The position numbers and the translations under genes are program-made. The notes beneath the pieces are model-generated. The model was not told the origin of the DNA. It searched no databases and saw only the letters and a list, made by a program, of their open reading frames with translations. From the IMG/VR virus record IMGVR_UViG_3300025502_000065, positions 1 to 37,318 of that record: DNA of 37,318 nt; one strand, given 5' to 3'. Shown here one piece after another: positions 36,163-37,318 of the stretch. This stretch comes from a virus (Duplodnaviria > Caudoviricetes). The stretch's first letter is position 1; each line of letters opens with the position of its first letter.

Positions 36163-36384
36163 ATGAGAAACGCCACTGAATCCAATACCGTCAAAGCCGT
36201 ATGGCTGAGAGTTCCACAAGCCGTTCAACTTACTGGGCTAAGCCGCTCCAAGGTTTACGAGCTGATATCTTCCGGAGCGATCCGAAGCGCCAGCCTGAGA
36301 GCTCCGGGGCAAAAGCACGCCACCCGATTAATTGATCGGGCCGCCTTGCTCGCCTTCATCGAGTCGCACGTTGAAACCAAATAA
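36163..36384 (+). CDS. AlpA/excisionase-like wHTH protein
   Basis: WLRVPQAVQLTGLSRSKVYELISSGAIRS...TRLIDRAAL; ATG at leaderless distance from the promoter. Confidence 0.88.
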   Translation: MRNATESNTVKAVWLRVPQAVQLTGLSRSKVYELISSGAIRSASLRAPGQKHATRLIDRAALLAFIESHVETK

Positions 36385-36477
36385 AAAGCCGCCCGGAAGC
36401 AATGCCCCCGGACGGCTGGTAAAATGATCTAACGCTAGATTCATTTTACCACATCTAAGGCGACTTTGCAACCGGCG
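36379..36477. repeat. ~100-bp direct repeat, copy 3
   Basis: Matches copy 2; continues ggatcatacaccgccatga like copy 1. Confidence 0.95.
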
Positions 36478-36564
36478 GGATCATACACCGCCATGAATAA
36501 CTCACATCACACCGCACCACTCCCTGTCACCCTCGACGCCATTATCGCAGAGGGGGGAAAGCCA

Positions 36565-36651
36565 TAAGCTGCGAAAGCTGCGAAAGCTCACCCTTCCACA
36601 CCCTTTCGCAGCTTACGCAGCTTACGCAGCTTACGCAGCTTACGCAGCTTA
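36565..36651. repeat. 9-bp iteron cluster (2 in one orientation, 5 in the other)
   Basis: agctgcgaa x2 ... ttcgcagct + tacgcagct x4. Confidence 0.9.
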
Positions 36652-36700
36652 TGGCACGGGGGTAAAAGCTGAGTAAGTAAGGATTAAACAATCGACATGA

Positions 36701-36734
36701 CCACCTCGACCGCCACCTCGACCGCCACCTCGAC
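36701..36734. repeat. 12-bp tandem repeat x3
   Basis: ccacctcgac(cg) x3, inside mini-ORF MTTSTATSTATSTSLSQ. Confidence 0.85.
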
Positions 36735-36990
36735 GAGTCTCTCGCAATAACCCGCTGGCTTAAAGATTCTTGTCATTGGAACCTTGCCGCCATCGTCCAC
36801 ACGGGAAACAAATCTCTTCATTGCTGGTTTGACCATCCCAGCGAGACCGTCCTCGCCGGATTCCGCGAGACCTTACCCGTCCTAGGAATCGACCCGAGCT
36901 TGATCGGGCACCCTGAGCATCCGGCACGACTACCGGGGCAGGTTCACGACAAGAGCGGGAATAAAAGCCGCGTCCTATATTTGCGCTGAC

Positions 36991-37260
36991 ATGGCCACCG
37001 CTGACCAATTCCCCAAAGCGCCGCCGCTACGGTTTGAACTGACCGAGGAGCAAGCCGCCCTCGTGGACGCCGCCAAGCCTGCCGGAGGTGTTGCGATTGT
37101 TGTCGGATACGCACACCGCCACCCATGGCCGGACCCGGAGAGGTTCACCCTTTGCGCCTGGTTCGTGACGATGCCAAAAGCTGAGGCCGCGTTAATGGCG
37201 GGCGGGATCATGGCGACGGGCAGGCCGAAGGTGAAGGCACCTCGACGGGGGAAAAGCTGA
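36991..37260 (+). CDS. Hypothetical protein
   Basis: 89-aa ORF with ATG start and basic C-terminus. Confidence 0.55.
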   Translation: MATADQFPKAPPLRFELTEEQAALVDAAKPAGGVAIVVGYAHRHPWPDPERFTLCAWFVTMPKAEAALMAGGIMATGRPKVKAPRRGKS

Positions 37261-37309
37261 GCTGGCGTTGCGTTTAATGCAAGTTACTTGCAACTAGCGC
37301 TTGTCGTCA

Positions 37310-37318
37310 ACTCGACCC
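37310..37318 (+). repeat. Right copy of terminal 9-bp direct repeat
   Basis: ACTCGACCC identical to 1-9. Confidence 0.8.

Larger units (their letters stand above)
1..37318. mobile_element. Tailed dsDNA bacteriophage genome (siphovirus-like), probably near-complete
   Basis: Terminase, portal, protease-capsid, tail, tape measure, lysis, replication and recombination genes are all present; no tail sheath; no host housekeeping genes; 9-bp direct repeat at both ends. Confidence 0.93.

Noticed and set aside
35658-36384. Calling the HTH genes the phage's own excisionase
   Set aside because: No integrase in the window; the context (repeat, primase stub, iterons) fits a satellite-type alpA locus better
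35430-36477. CRISPR array or integron attC cassette array
   Set aside because: Repeats are ~100 bp with 320-430-bp gene-containing spacers; no cas genes, no integron integrase and no evident GTTRRRY/RYYYAAC ends
1-37318. tRNA/rRNA genes, IS elements, alternative genetic code
   Set aside because: No cloverleaf, rRNA or transposase seen; long genes are intact under the standard code with all three stops used
1-37318. Firm host assignment
   Set aside because: Leaderless starts, A-rich leaders and protein style suggest a Verrucomicrobiota/PVC-like host, but nothing in the window proves it

Overview
The window looks like an essentially complete 37.3-kb tailed (siphovirus-type) phage genome. It begins and ends with the same 9-mer, ACTCGACCC. 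Positions 194-14792 form one minus-strand early/replication region: RHH regulator, C5 methyltransferase, DGQHR protein, RecT/RecE-like pair, VRR-NUC, SNF2 helicase-MTase fusion, MazG-like protein, initiator with iterons, DnaB, XRE-HTH and a probable SSB. Positions 14861-34550 hold lysis and morphogenesis genes split into five blocks on alternating strands. Most blocks start at a shared leaderless promoter motif (TTG[A/C]A[A/T]-17 nt containing GATATATTAGGGG-CTTnTT-5/7 nt-ATG). I found no integrase, CI-type repressor, tRNA, CRISPR array or reverse transcriptase. The most unusual part is 35430-36740. It has three ~100-bp direct repeats, each a self-contained antisense promoter-hairpin-terminator unit. 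These are interleaved with two AlpA/Xis-like HTH genes, truncated primase starts and an orphan iteron cluster, and the region includes a 47/49-nt inverted copy of the phage's own capsid promoter. It resembles the control region of a PICI/P4-like satellite that lost its replicase and was rewired to phage late control, possibly as an anti-satellite or incompatibility module (inference). All product calls come from motif recognition by eye, not database searches.
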